Source: a virus (lineage: Duplodnaviria; Heunggongvirae; Uroviricota; Caudoviricetes). From it: DNA of 24,630 nucleotides. Positions 1 through 11,654 of this stretch are shown piece after piece. A program made the translations under genes and the position numbers. The notes under the pieces were generated by a model, which was given only the letters and a program-made list of their open reading frames with translations, was not told the DNA's origin and did not search any database. The stretch is from IMG/VR virus record IMGVR_UViG_2923318301_000004, one strand, 5' to 3'. The number at the start of each line of letters is the position of its first letter. Position 1 is the first letter of the stretch.

Positions 1-143
1 ATGAATATACTATTTACGGAATCATCACCGAATATAGGTGGTCAGGAATTACAGGCTGTTGCTCAAATGAAGGCCCTGAAGAAAATGGGGCATTCAGTTC
101 TGCTTGTCTGCAGGGAGAACAGCAAAATTGCTTTTGAAGCCAG
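1..143 (+). pseudogene. 5' fragment (about 48 codons) of a gene, possibly a family-1 glycosyltransferase, cut off by IS1
   Basis: ATG at position 1 opens a frame (MNILFTESSPNIGGQELQAVAQMKALKKMGHSVLLVCRENSKIAFEAR) that runs straight into the IS1 terminal repeat at 144; the N-terminal pattern resembles GT4-type glycosyltransferases, but this is weak pattern recognition only. Confidence 0.3.
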
Positions 144-158
144 GGTAATGACTCCAAC

Positions 159-662
159 TTATTGATAGTGTTTTATGTTCAGATAATGCCCGATGACTTT
201 GTCATGCAGCTCCACCGATTTTGAGAACGACAGCGACTTCCGTCCCAGCCGTGCCAGGTGCTGCCTCAGATTCAGGTTATGCCGCTCAATTCGCTGCGTA
301 TATCGCTTGCTGATTACGTGCAGCTTTCCCTTCAGGCGGGATTCATACAGCGGCCAGCCATCCGTCATCCATATCACCACGTCAAAGGGTGACAGCAGGC
401 TCATAAGACGCCCCAGCGTCGCCATAGTGCGTTCACCGAATACGTGCGCAACAACCGTCTTCCGGAGCCTGTCATACGCGTAAAACAGCCAGCGCTGGCG
501 CGATTTAGCCCCGACGTATCCCCACTGTTCGTCCATTTCCGCGCAGACGATGACGTCACTGCCCGGCTGTATGCGCGAGGTTACCGACTGCGGCCTGAGT
601 TTTTTAAATGGCGGAAAATCGTGTTGAGGCCAACGCCCATAATGCGGGCGGTTGCCCGGCAT
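159..662 (-). CDS. insB: IS1 InsB (transposase C-terminal frame)
   Basis: 167-aa [28 protein letters not shown]... recognised as IS1 InsB; overlaps insA in the -1 frame as in canonical IS1. Confidence 0.9.
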   Translation of the reverse strand: MPGNRPHYGRWPQHDFPPFKKLRPQSVTSRIQPGSDVIVCAEMDEQWGYVGAKSRQRWLFYAYDRLRKTVVAHVFGERTMATLGRLMSLLSPFDVVIWMTDGWPLYESRLKGKLHVISKRYTQRIERHNLNLRQHLARLGRKSLSFSKSVELHDKVIGHYLNIKHYQ

Positions 663-856
663 CCAACGCCATTCATGGCCATATCAATGATTTTCTGGTG
701 CGTACCGGGTTGAGAAGCGGTGTAAGTGAACTGCAGTTGCCATGTTTTACGGCAGTGAGAGCAGAGATAGCGCTGATGTCCGGCGGTGCTTTTGCCGTTA
801 CGCACCACCCCGTCAGTAGCTGAACAGGAGGGACAGCTGATAGAAACAGAAGCCAC
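581..856 (-). CDS. insA: IS1 InsA (zinc-finger/HTH regulator, N-terminal part of the InsAB' transposase)
   Basis: 91-aa [43 protein letters not shown]... with CxxC...CxxC zinc finger; recognised as IS1 InsA. Confidence 0.9.
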   Translation of the reverse strand: MASVSISCPSCSATDGVVRNGKSTAGHQRYLCSHCRKTWQLQFTYTASQPGTHQKIIDMAMNGVGCRATARIMGVGLNTIFRHLKNSGRSR

Positions 857-1188
857 TGGAGCACCTCAAAAACACCATCATACACTAAATCAGTAAGTTG
901 GCAGCATCACCCACCAATGGATGCTTGCATTGCCAGCGCGGACAATAAAACGATTGCCCGACAAATGAACAAAACAGTGGAAATTTTGGTGGGGCCACAT
1001 CCGGAACAGTATGTCTGGGTTTTAAAATTGTTAAAAACACGCAAATCAAACGAAGCGGACCCGTACCCTTGAAATTATAAAGTACAAGTATTTCCACTAG
1101 TTGTTTGTAAGCGTACAGCCTGAACCGTCTGGTCAGAATCTGACGAATTAGACAAAGTGGTGTCCACCAAATAAGTAGTGGGAACCAA

Positions 1189-2435
1189 TGAGGTAGCCTG
1201 AGTTTAACGGACACTCCTTCCTGAAATAGAATGGCATCAGAAGGAGCTAATAATGAGCAGAAAAACCCAACGTTACTCTAAAGAGTTCAAAGCCGAAGCT
1301 GTCAGAACGGTTCTTGAAAATCAACTTTCGATCAGTGAAGGCGCTTCCCGATTATCTCTTCCTGAAGGCACTTTAGGACAATGGGTTACCGCCGCCAGAA
1401 AAGGGCTCGGTACTCCTGGTTCCCGCACGGTGGCTGAACTGGAATCTGAAATTCTGCAACTGCGTAAGGCGTTAAATGAAGCTCGCCTTGAGCGAGATAT
1501 ATTAAATTGCACAGGAGTCGCTGAAAAATACGCGTTAATCGAACAATGGCGACAACAATTTCCCATTGAAGCGATGTGTCAGGTATTTGGTGTATCCAGG
1601 AGCGGTTATTACAACTGGGTACAGCATGAACCCTCAGACAGAAAACAAAGTGATGAGCGGCTAAAACTGGAGATTAAGGTGGCACATATCCGCACTCGCG
1701 AAACATATGGAACCCGGCGGCTCCAGACGGAGCTGGCAGAGAATGGCATCATCGTTGGTCGTGACCGACTGGCACGTCTTCGTAAGGAGCTAAGGCTACG
1801 CTGTAAGCAGAAACGCAAGTTCAGAGCGACTACGAACTCGAACCACAATCTGCCAGTTGCGCCAAATCTGCTGAACCAGACGTTCGCTCCTACAGCACCA
1901 AATCAGGTCTGGGTGGCGGACCTGACGTATGTTGCCACACAGGAGGGATGGTTGTACCTCGCTGGCATCAAAGATGTTTATACGTGCGAAATTGTCGGCT
2001 ACGCCATGGGAGAGCGCATGACAAAAGAGCTGACAGGTAAAGCCCTGTTTATGGCGCTCAGGAGCCAGCGCCCACCTGCCGGGCTAATCCACCACTCTGA
2101 TCGAGGTTCACAGTACTGCGCATACGATTACCGGGTCATACAGGAGCAGTTTGGTCTGAAAACATCAATGTCGCGTAAAGGTAACTGTTACGACAACGCT
2201 CCGATGGAAAGCTTCTGGGGAACGCTGAAAAATGAGAGCCTGAGCCACTATCGTTTTAATAACCGGGATGAAGCCATCTCAGTAATACGGGAATACATTG
2301 AGATTTTCTACAATCGTCAGCGTCGTCACTCTCGTCTGGGGAATATCTCCCCGGCAGCCTTCAGGGAAAAATATCATCAGATGGCTGCTTAAAAAAAGAA
2401 CAAATGGTAGTGTCCGCTATTGCCAGTACACCTCA
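1189..2435 (+). mobile_element. IS3-family insertion sequence, IS600-like
   Basis: Left end TGAGGTAGCCTGAGTTTAACGGACAC and an imperfectly inverted right end ...GTGTCCGCTATTGCCAGTACACCTCA; encodes an IS600-like transposase. End coordinates are approximate (about +/-5 bp); flanks do not show a clean duplication. Confidence 0.7.
1253..2392 (+). CDS. IS3-family (IS600-like) transposase, OrfA and OrfB fused in one frame
   Basis: 379-aa ORF; N-terminus MSRKTQRYSKEFKAEAVRTVLENQLSISEGASRLSLPEGTLGQWV (HTH/leucine-zipper OrfA) joined in frame to a DDE integrase domain (WVADLTY...HHSDRGSQY...NCYDNAPMESFW). No A6G slippery site is present at the junction. Confidence 0.85.
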   Translation: MSRKTQRYSKEFKAEAVRTVLENQLSISEGASRLSLPEGTLGQWVTAARKGLGTPGSRTVAELESEILQLRKALNEARLERDILNCTGVAEKYALIEQWRQQFPIEAMCQVFGVSRSGYYNWVQHEPSDRKQSDERLKLEIKVAHIRTRETYGTRRLQTELAENGIIVGRDRLARLRKELRLRCKQKRKFRATTNSNHNLPVAPNLLNQTFAPTAPNQVWVADLTYVATQEGWLYLAGIKDVYTCEIVGYAMGERMTKELTGKALFMALRSQRPPAGLIHHSDRGSQYCAYDYRVIQEQFGLKTSMSRKGNCYDNAPMESFWGTLKNESLSHYRFNNRDEAISVIREYIEIFYNRQRRHSRLGNISPAAFREKYHQMAA

Positions 2436-2539
2436 ACATTCCACCATGCATTACGATTAACGCCGCATAGCCAGTTGAACTTTGCTACTTTGTGAGAGGT
2501 AGTACCTTCTATCCAGTGCGAATTTAATTAATGGAATAA

Positions 2540-4543
2540 ATGATTATGAGTGAAAATGATACAATCCCAAAGAAGTCTACAAGTCAGATTAACAAAGCGG
2601 TATTCTTTACATCTGCTTTGCTAATTTTCCTTCTTGTCGCCTTTGCCGCCGTATTCCCGGATGTCGCCGACAAAAATTTTAAACTACTTCAGCAACAAAT
2701 CTTCACGAATGCCAGCTGGTTCTACATCCTTGCTGTGGCCCTGATTTTACTGAGTGTCACGTTCCTTGGACTCTCACGCTACGGTGATATCAAGCTGGGC
2801 CCGGACCATGCGCAGCCTGATTTCAGCTACCACTCCTGGTTTGCGATGCTTTTTTCGGCAGGGATGGGGATCGGCCTGATGTTCTTTGGCGTTGCCGAAC
2901 CTGTAATGCATTATCTTTCGCCACCCGTTGGCACTCCAGAAACCGTTGCGGCAGCTAAGGAAGCAATGCGTCTGACCTTTTTCCACTGGGGACTGCACGC
3001 ATGGGCAATTTATGCCATTGTGGCGCTGATTCTGGCGTTCTTCAGTTACCGTCACGGTCTGCCTTTAACTCTGCGCTCCGCACTCTATCCCATTATTGGC
3101 GATCGCATATACGGACCTGTAGGACATGCGGTTGATATTTTCGCTGTTATAGGCACGGTCTTTGGCGTTGCGACATCACTGGGTTACGGTGTTTTGCAGG
3201 TGAATGCCGGTTTGAACCATCTTTTCGGGGTGCCCATCAATGAAACGGTGCAGGTAATTCTGATCGTGGTCATCACGGGGTTAGCGACGATTTCAGTGGT
3301 GTCCGGTCTGGATAAGGGAATACGTATCCTGTCTGAACTCAATCTGGGTCTGGCTTTGTTGCTCCTGGCGCTGGTCCTGTGTCTGGGACCAACCGTGCTT
3401 CTGCTGAAGTCATTTGTGGAAAATACGGGCGGTTATCTTTCGGAACTGGTGAGTAAAACGTTCAACCTTTACGCGTATGAGCCCAAGTCGAGCAACTGGC
3501 TGGGGGGCTGGACATTACTGTACTGGGGATGGTGGCTTTCATGGTCGCCGTTTGTGGGGATGTTCATCGCACGGGTCTCCCGCGGGCGAACCATTCGCGA
3601 GTTTGTCACCGGCGTGCTGTTTGTTCCCGCGGGTTTTACGCTAATGTGGATGACGGTGTTTGGTAACAGCGCGATCTATCTCATTATGAACCAGGGGGCC
3701 ACAGACCTCGCCAATACTGTTCAGCAGGATGTGGCGCTGGCCCTGTTTAATTTCCTGGAGCATTTCCCGTTCTCTTCTGTGCTGTCATTCATTGCAATGG
3801 CGATGGTCATCGTCTTCTTTGTAACGTCTGCTGATTCGGGGGCAATGGTTGTGGATACTCTGGCATCAGGTGGAGTGGCAAACACACCCGTCTGGCAGCG
3901 AATATTCTGGGCCTCGCTCATGGGCATTGTTGCAATTGCGCTTCTCCTTGCCGGAGGGCTAAGTGCGCTGCAAACGGTGACAATAGCGAGTGCATTGCCC
4001 TTCTCAGTGATCTTACTAATATCTATATACGGACTTTTAAAAGCTTTGCGCCGGGATTTGACCAAGCGTGAAAGCCTGAGCATGGCGACAATTGCTCCTA
4101 CGGCTGCACGTAACCCAATTCCTTGGCAGAGAAGGTTACGCAATATCGCGTATCTGCCGAAGCGATCTCTTGTGAAACGTTTTATGGACGACGTTATCCA
4201 GCCTGCCATGACGCTGGTTCAGGAGGAACTGAACAAGCAGGGGACGATAAGCCACATTAGTGATGCAGTCGACGATCGTATTCGTCTTGAAGTCGATTTG
4301 GGCAACGAGCTGAATTTTATATATGAAGTGAGGCTTCGCGGGTATATCTCACCGACCTTCGCGCTCGCCGCAATGGATAATGATGAGCAGCAGACTGAAC
4401 AACATCGATATTATCGCGCTGAGGTTTATCTCAAAGAAGGCGGTCAAAATTATGATGTGATGGGCTGGAACCAGGAACAGCTGATTAATGACATACTGGA
4501 CCAGTACGAAAAACACCTGCACTTCCTGCACCTGGTTCGTTAA
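2540..4543 (+). CDS. BCCT-family (betaine/carnitine/choline) transporter, BetT-like with a long C-terminal cytoplasmic extension
   Basis: 667-aa ORF with many hydrophobic segments and BCCT signature stretches (WTLLYWGWWLSWSPFVGMFIARVSRGRTIREF; SADSGAMVVD); overall collinear with E. coli BetT as I recall it, including the roughly 170-aa hydrophilic tail. Confidence 0.85.
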   Translation: MIMSENDTIPKKSTSQINKAVFFTSALLIFLLVAFAAVFPDVADKNFKLLQQQIFTNASWFYILAVALILLSVTFLGLSRYGDIKLGPDHAQPDFSYHSWFAMLFSAGMGIGLMFFGVAEPVMHYLSPPVGTPETVAAAKEAMRLTFFHWGLHAWAIYAIVALILAFFSYRHGLPLTLRSALYPIIGDRIYGPVGHAVDIFAVIGTVFGVATSLGYGVLQVNAGLNHLFGVPINETVQVILIVVITGLATISVVSGLDKGIRILSELNLGLALLLLALVLCLGPTVLLLKSFVENTGGYLSELVSKTFNLYAYEPKSSNWLGGWTLLYWGWWLSWSPFVGMFIARVSRGRTIREFVTGVLFVPAGFTLMWMTVFGNSAIYLIMNQGATDLANTVQQDVALALFNFLEHFPFSSVLSFIAMAMVIVFFVTSADSGAMVVDTLASGGVANTPVWQRIFWASLMGIVAIALLLAGGLSALQTVTIASALPFSVILLISIYGLLKALRRDLTKRESLSMATIAPTAARNPIPWQRRLRNIAYLPKRSLVKRFMDDVIQPAMTLVQEELNKQGTISHISDAVDDRIRLEVDLGNELNFIYEVRLRGYISPTFALAAMDNDEQQTEQHRYYRAEVYLKEGGQNYDVMGWNQEQLINDILDQYEKHLHFLHLVR

Positions 4544-4605
4544 TAGCAACATGCCGTCCTGGGGGCGGCAATTATTATCCCGGCCGCAATATGAGGGAAT
4601 GCAGA

Positions 4606-5883
4606 ATGATTTCACGCTGGAAATGGATGCTGAAGCAGACAATTAAAAAACTATGGTTCAGGGCAACGTTATTCGCAATTGTCGCGATAATAACGGCCCT
4701 TTTATCAATTCTTTTTAAATCAATGATACCTGAGTCGGTTTCCGTGAAGGTTGGTGCGGAAGCAGTCGATAACATTCTGAACATACTGGCATCGAGTATG
4801 CTGGCAGTGACCACATTTTCGCTGAGTATCATGGTCACAGCCTACGGTTCAGCCACTACTAATGTGACTCCCAGAGCTACGCGTTTAGTTGTTGAAGACG
4901 TCACCACACAAAATGTACTGGCCACCTTCATCGGTTCTTTTCTCTTCAGTCTGGTAGGGATTATTGCCCTCAATATGGGAGCTTATGGAGAAAGGGGGAG
5001 AGTCATTTTATTCATTGTCACACTGGTTGTCATTGCCTTAATCCTCATCACATTGCTTCGCTGGATACAGCATTTGACCTCTCTGGGGAGGGTTGGTGAG
5101 ACAACGGCACAAGTAGAACAGGCGGCCATCGAAACATTTATTGCGAGAGCAAGAAATCCCTGTCTCGGTGGATATCCATGGCTTGAGAACAATGAACAGC
5201 CGAAAGGAACGGTTGCAGTTTATCCGAAGAAGATTGGCTATGTTGAATATATTGATATGGTGAAACTTAGCAAGCTGCTGACCAATGATCCCCGTCATGT
5301 ATACCTCGTGGCGCAGCCAGGCAGTTTCATACATCCGTCCATGCCAGTTTTGTACCTGAGTCAGGGCCAGGAGTCGTCAATCAACACCGATTTACTTGAG
5401 ACGATTATTGTCTCGGATGCACGTTCATTTGCTCAGGATCCTCGATTTTGTCTTAGCGTCATGGCCGAAATAGCCTGCCGGGCCCTTTCCCCTGCAGTGA
5501 ACGATCCTGGAACCGCCATTGATGTCATTGGCAGAGGTGTTCGTATACTTTCCACTTACGCGCAGAATAAATCTGATGAAATAGAAGTGAAATATCCTTC
5601 AGTACATGTTGCACCACTTCAGAATAACGATCTACTGGAAGACTTTTTCTCACCTGTCGCGCGCGATGGTGCCAGTATGAGGGAGATTCAGATAAGAGTC
5701 CTTAAAGGACTGTCGATGCTGAGTAAAGGTTGGCCTGAGATATTTGCTGAAGCCGCACATACCCTGGCATTTGAAACATTAGAGCATGCAACTCGTGCTG
5801 ACCATATAGATTCTGATAGATATCTAATAAAATCAACTTATTATAATTTATTTAGTGGCGAATATTCTAATAAAAAAACATAG
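4606..5883 (+). CDS. Membrane protein, DUF2254-like (function unknown)
   Basis: ORF with N-terminal transmembrane segments and a soluble C-terminal domain. Start placed at ATG 4606 (MISRWKW...) because GAGGGA lies 7 nt upstream; the six-frame track starts 15 nt earlier at 4591. The DUF2254 assignment is from memory of the family and is uncertain. Confidence 0.55.
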   Translation: MISRWKWMLKQTIKKLWFRATLFAIVAIITALLSILFKSMIPESVSVKVGAEAVDNILNILASSMLAVTTFSLSIMVTAYGSATTNVTPRATRLVVEDVTTQNVLATFIGSFLFSLVGIIALNMGAYGERGRVILFIVTLVVIALILITLLRWIQHLTSLGRVGETTAQVEQAAIETFIARARNPCLGGYPWLENNEQPKGTVAVYPKKIGYVEYIDMVKLSKLLTNDPRHVYLVAQPGSFIHPSMPVLYLSQGQESSINTDLLETIIVSDARSFAQDPRFCLSVMAEIACRALSPAVNDPGTAIDVIGRGVRILSTYAQNKSDEIEVKYPSVHVAPLQNNDLLEDFFSPVARDGASMREIQIRVLKGLSMLSKGWPEIFAEAAHTLAFETLEHATRADHIDSDRYLIKSTYYNLFSGEYSNKKT

Positions 5884-6162
5884 CTGCAGAGCAAGCAATT
5901 CGGTTGTTGGCAAGTCAAGGGCAAAGCATTCGCGTGAGAATGGGCGTATGCTTTGTGCCAAAAGCAAACGTTGCTAATTCTGCACTGTTCAGCGATGGCG
6001 CAGTAGAGACAGGCACTGCCACTGTCCAGTCGGCAAAAGCGAACACTTTGCCACTGCGGGGATAAACTGATTGAAGCTCTCGCGCAAAATCACTTATTCT
6101 TTTGCGTTAATAAAATGTAGGAGATGGGTCATTGATCCTACCCACGTAATATGGACACAGGC

Positions 6163-7029
6163 CTAAGCGAGGTTCTTGTTTTCAAATTGTTCCGGACTGA
6201 GGCCGCCACACCAACTGTGCCGCCGCCACCGATTGTAATCACATTCGATATAATTAAACACCGTTGCCCGCATTATTTCCCGGCTGATAAAGTGTTCTCC
6301 ATGGATACATTCCACTTTCAGCGAATGAAAGAAGCTTTCCACGCAGGCATTATCGTAGCAGCAACCTTTTGCGCTCATACTTCCACGCAGATTATGCCGC
6401 TTCAGTTGCGCCTGATAATCTGCTGAACAGTACTGGCCTCCACGGTCCGTGTGAACGATAACGTTCCGGGGCCTCTTACGCCGCCACAGCGCCATCTGCA
6501 GGGCATCGCAGGCCAGTTGCGCCGTCATGCGTGGCGACATTGACCAGCCAATAACGGCACGTGACCACAGGTCAATGACCACTGCCAGATACAGCCAGCC
6601 TTCATCTGTACGTAAGTACGTGATGTCTCCTGCCCACTTCTGGTTCGGGCCACTGGCGTAAAAATCCTGCTCCAACAGATTTTCTGACACAGGCAGGCCG
6701 TGTGCGCGGTAGCTGACCGGGCTGAACTTCCGGGAGGCCTTTGCCCTCAGTCCCTGACGGCGCAGGCTTGCCGCCACGGTTTTTACGTTAAAGGGGTAAC
6801 CCTGAGCACGCAGTTCATCCGTCAGGCGTGGGGCACCGTAACGCTGTTTTGACCGGGTAAAAGCCGCGAGGACAACGCTGTCGCAGTGTTGGCGGAACTG
6901 CTGACGCGTGCTTATCCTTGTCCGCCGCTGACACCACGTATACCAGCCGCTGCGGGCCACCCGGAGCACGCGGCACATTGCTTTGATGCTGAACTCAGCC
7001 TGATGTTTTTCAATAAAGACATACTTCAT
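6163..7029 (-). CDS. insF: IS3 OrfB (InsF) DDE transposase
   Basis: 288-aa [35 protein letters not shown]...; DDE motif region WAGDITY...HTDRGGQY...[12 protein letters not shown]. Confidence 0.9.
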
Positions 7030-7325
7030 TTCAGGCGCTTCGCGAAGTATGTCGCGGCCTTTTGGAGGATAGCCAGCTCTTCATCCCGTTCTGCCAGCTG
7101 GCGTTTGAGACGTGCAATCTCGGTAGACATCTCCAGTTCACGTTCAGAAGACGTCTGCTGATTTTGCTGTTTACTGCGCCAGTTGTAGAGTTGTGATTCA
7201 TACAGGCTGAGTTCACGGGCTGCGGCAGTAACACCGATGCGTTCAGCAAGCTTCAGGGCTTCACTGCGAAATTCAGGCGAATGCTGTTTACGGGGTTTTT
7301 TACTGGTTGATACTGTTTTTGTCAT
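7026..7325 (-). CDS. insE: IS3 OrfA (InsE)
   Basis: [54 protein letters not shown]...; start taken at the internal Met (MTKTV) rather than the ORF-track Met three codons upstream; overlaps insF by 4 nt (frameshift window). Confidence 0.88.
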
Positions 7326-7391
7326 GTGAGTCACCTCTGACTGAGAGTTTACTCACTTAGCCGCGTGTCCACTATTGCTGGGTAAGATCAC

Positions 7392-8451
<1,060 letters not shown>

Positions 8452-8455
<4 letters not shown>

Positions 8456-8869
8456 TGCCACTGCTGGATAAGCTGCGTGAGCAGTACGGGGTCGGACCGC
8501 TATGCAGCGAACTGCATATTGCCCCGTCAACGTATTACCACTGTCAGCAACAGCGACATCATCCGGATAAACGCAGTGCCCGTGCGCAGCGCGATGACTG
8601 GCTGAAGAAAGAGATACAGCGCGTATACGATGAAAATCACAAGGTATACGGTGTGCGTAAAGTCTGGCGTCAGTTGTTACGGGAAGGTATCAGAGTGGCC
8701 AGATGCACTGTGGCACGTCTCATGGCGGTTATGGGACTTGCCGGTGTTCTCCGGGGTAAAAAGGTCCGTACGACCATCAGCCGGAAAGCCGTTGCCGCAG
8801 GCGACCGCGTAAACCGTCAGTTCGTGGCAGAACGACCTGACCAGCTGTGGGTGGCTGATTTTACTTACG
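8452..8869 (+). pseudogene. IS629 OrfB transposase, 5' exon (interrupted by group II intron)
   Basis: [34 protein letters not shown]...QLWVADFTY then diverges at the intron 5' end (GTGTG at 8870). Confidence 0.8.
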
Positions 8870-9540
8870 GTGTGCCCGGAGTTCAGGGCGGGCATGGATG
8901 CTTAAATGAACCGCGAGTCTGTCTGGAATATTGAGCCGGTAACTCACGATGAGAAACCCAACAATCCCACCGGGTGTGACGGTGGAGAACCTGAGCGGCA
9001 GTGACCTGCGGCATGCCCGCAGGGTGATGTAACCCGCTGACAACGGGGATTGAGGCGAGATCACTAAGCCGAGATGATCCTCAAGGTTAAGTACTGAAAG
9101 GCTGAAGAACATGAACCCGTTAATCCGCCTCTGTGGGTTGAAAACGTCACCACGGCCTACGTGATCTGACAGGCCGTGCAGGAGGAACTGGCAGTGATAC
9201 GTAAGCACTGCCGGTCGAAGGTGTTTTGACATGTATGCGAAACACCGGGGCAGCAGCGTCTATCACGCTTGCGTTGCTGACTTCTGCCAACTTGCGGCAA
9301 GCAAGGATAAAGAGTGCGACGGGCAGCCTCCTCAGTATGCCTGAGTCCAGGCAGGTAAACCGGGGAAGGTCAGCGACGGATGTTAAGGGGGCATGGCTCC
9401 GATGACGCGCTGGCTGGCGGAGCTTCCGTAGTAGTCCGCGATGGGGAAAGCCCATTACATGGCGAAGGGAAGCAGTTTGAATGTGTTTGCGACGTGAATT
9501 AACTGACCTAACGAGGTGAAGACCTTTGATAATCAGCGAA

Positions 9541-11049
9541 ATGCAACGCAAGCTTGCCACATGGGCAGTCACCGATCCGTCCCTACGGATTCAACGGCTG
9601 CTGCGTCTGATAACACAACCAGAATGGCTGGCTGAAGCGGCGCGGATCACGCTTTCATCAAAGGGGGCCCATACCCCCGGCGTTGATGGCGTGAACAAAA
9701 CAATGCTACAGGCCAGACTGGCTGTTGAGCTGCAAATCCTCAGGGATGAATTACTCTCAGGCCACTACCAGCCCTTGCCCGCCAGACGGGTTTACATCCC
9801 TAAAAGCAACGGCAAACTGCGACCACTGGGTATCCCCGCGTTGCGGGATCGTATTGTTCAGCGGGCCATGCTGATGGCGATGGAGCCGATATGGGAGAGT
9901 GATTTTCATACGCTCTCATATGGCTTCCGGCCTGAGCGCAGTGTCCACCACGCGATCCGCACGGTGAAATTACAGCTCACAGACTGTGGTGAAACCCGGG
10001 GACGCTGGGTGATTGAAGGCGACCTGTCCAGTTACTTCGACACCGTACATCATCGACTGCTGATGAAGGCTGTACGCCGCAGGATCAGTGACGCACGTTT
10101 CATGACTCTGCTGTGGAAAACCATCAAGGCGGGACATATCGATGTCGGTCTCTTTCGGGCGGCCAGTGAAGGTGTGCCACAGGGCGGTGTTATATCGCCG
10201 CTATTATCGAACATCATGCTGAATGAGTTCGATCAATACCTGCATGAGCGCTACCTGAGCGGGAAAGCCAGAAAAGATCGGTGGTACTGGAATAACAGTA
10301 TCCAACGGGGCCGAAGTACGGCGGTCAGAGAAAACTGGCAGTGGAAACCCGCGGTGGCGTACTGCCGCTATGCCGATGATTTTGTCCTCATCGTCAAAGG
10401 CACCAAAGCACAGGCGGAAGCCATCAGGGAGGAGTGTCGGGGTGTGCTCGAAGGCAGTCTGAAACTCAGGCTGAACATGGATAAGACTAAAATCACCCAT
10501 GTTAATGACGGCTTTATCTTTCTGGGGCACAGGATCATTCGCAAACGCAGTCGTTATGGCGAGATGCGAGTGGTCTCAACGATCCCGCAGGAGAAAGCCA
10601 GAAACTTCGCCGCATCGCTGACAGCACTGTTATCAGGCAACTACAGTGAAAGCAAAGTCGATATGGCTGAACAACTCAACCGAAAACTGAAAGGCTGGGC
10701 CATGTTCTATCAGTTCGTTGATTTTAAGGCCAAAGTCTTCAGTTATATCGACCGTGTCGTGTTCTGGAAGCTGGCTCACTGGCTGGCCCGCAAATACCGT
10801 ACAGGTATCGCTTCCCTGATGAGGTGGTGGTGTAAATCACCGAAACCGGGTCAGAGCAAAACGTGGGTTTTATTTGGTAAAACCAATCACGGCAAGCTCA
10901 GCGGCGAAATACTGTACCGGTTGGTGGGGCAAGGCAAGAAGCTGTTCCGCTGGCGGCTACCCGAAGGTAATCCCTATCTGAGGACGGAGACCAGAAACAC
11001 GTATACATCGCGCTTTACAGAAGTGGCAATGGCGTTCGCCAGCATTTAA
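9541..11049 (+). CDS. Group II intron-encoded protein (reverse transcriptase/maturase)
   Basis: RT motifs in order (RPLGIPALRDRIVQ; SYGFRPERS; YCRYADDFVLIV) followed by a maturase (X) domain; start assigned to the first ATG (MQRKLATW...) rather than the TTG at 9526 used by the ORF track. Confidence 0.85.
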   Translation: MQRKLATWAVTDPSLRIQRLLRLITQPEWLAEAARITLSSKGAHTPGVDGVNKTMLQARLAVELQILRDELLSGHYQPLPARRVYIPKSNGKLRPLGIPALRDRIVQRAMLMAMEPIWESDFHTLSYGFRPERSVHHAIRTVKLQLTDCGETRGRWVIEGDLSSYFDTVHHRLLMKAVRRRISDARFMTLLWKTIKAGHIDVGLFRAASEGVPQGGVISPLLSNIMLNEFDQYLHERYLSGKARKDRWYWNNSIQRGRSTAVRENWQWKPAVAYCRYADDFVLIVKGTKAQAEAIREECRGVLEGSLKLRLNMDKTKITHVNDGFIFLGHRIIRKRSRYGEMRVVSTIPQEKARNFAASLTALLSGNYSESKVDMAEQLNRKLKGWAMFYQFVDFKAKVFSYIDRVVFWKLAHWLARKYRTGIASLMRWWCKSPKPGQSKTWVLFGKTNHGKLSGEILYRLVGQGKKLFRWRLPEGNPYLRTETRNTYTSRFTEVAMAFASI

Positions 11050-11053
11050 ATGG

Positions 11054-11087
11054 AGAGCCGGATGCGCTGAAAGGTGCACGTCCGGTT
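11054..11087 (+). ncRNA. Group II intron domain V (catalytic hairpin)
   Basis: GAGCCGGATGCGCTGAAAGGTGCACGTCCGGTTC: about 34 nt, AGC triad near the 5' end, 2-nt bulge, GAAA tetraloop, immediately after the IEP stop codon and about 50 nt from the intron 3' end. Confidence 0.65.
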
Positions 11088-11111
11088 CGGGGAGGAGAGG
11101 CAGGGAAATAG

Positions 11112-11612
<501 letters not shown>

Positions 11613-11654
11613 GTTCACAGATAAAACACTCTCCAGGAAACCCGGGGCGGTTCA

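Larger units (their letters stand above)
144..911 (-). mobile_element. IS1 insertion sequence (768 bp), inverted relative to the + strand
   Basis: Starts GGTAATGACTCCAACTTATTGATAG and ends CAGTAAGTTGGCAGCATCACC, which are the two IS1 terminal inverted repeats; contains insA and insB on the minus strand. The flanking 9-mers differ (tgaagccag vs caccaatgg), so there is no target-site duplication. Confidence 0.92.
6133..7390 (-). mobile_element. IS3 insertion sequence (1258 bp) with 3-bp target-site duplication CAT
   Basis: Ends TGATCCTACCCACGTAATATGGACACAGG... and ...CCACTATTGCTGGGTAAGATCA; flanked by cat (6130-6132) and cat (7391-7393); contains the InsE/InsF ORFs. Confidence 0.9.

Noticed and set aside
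885-1214. 109-aa minus-strand ORF between IS1 and the IS600-like element
   Set aside because: It starts across the IS600-like terminal repeat and ends at the IS1 terminus; no RBS or motif, probably an artefact of the IS junctions.
2774-4209. Antisense ORFs (93 and 162 aa) inside the BCCT transporter gene
   Set aside because: Fully contained antisense within a strongly supported membrane-transporter frame; no independent support.
8861-9572. Minus-strand ORFs (123 and 141 aa) inside the 5' part of the group II intron
   Set aside because: They fall in the region expected to form intron domains I-III RNA structure and are antisense to the intron; most likely non-coding.
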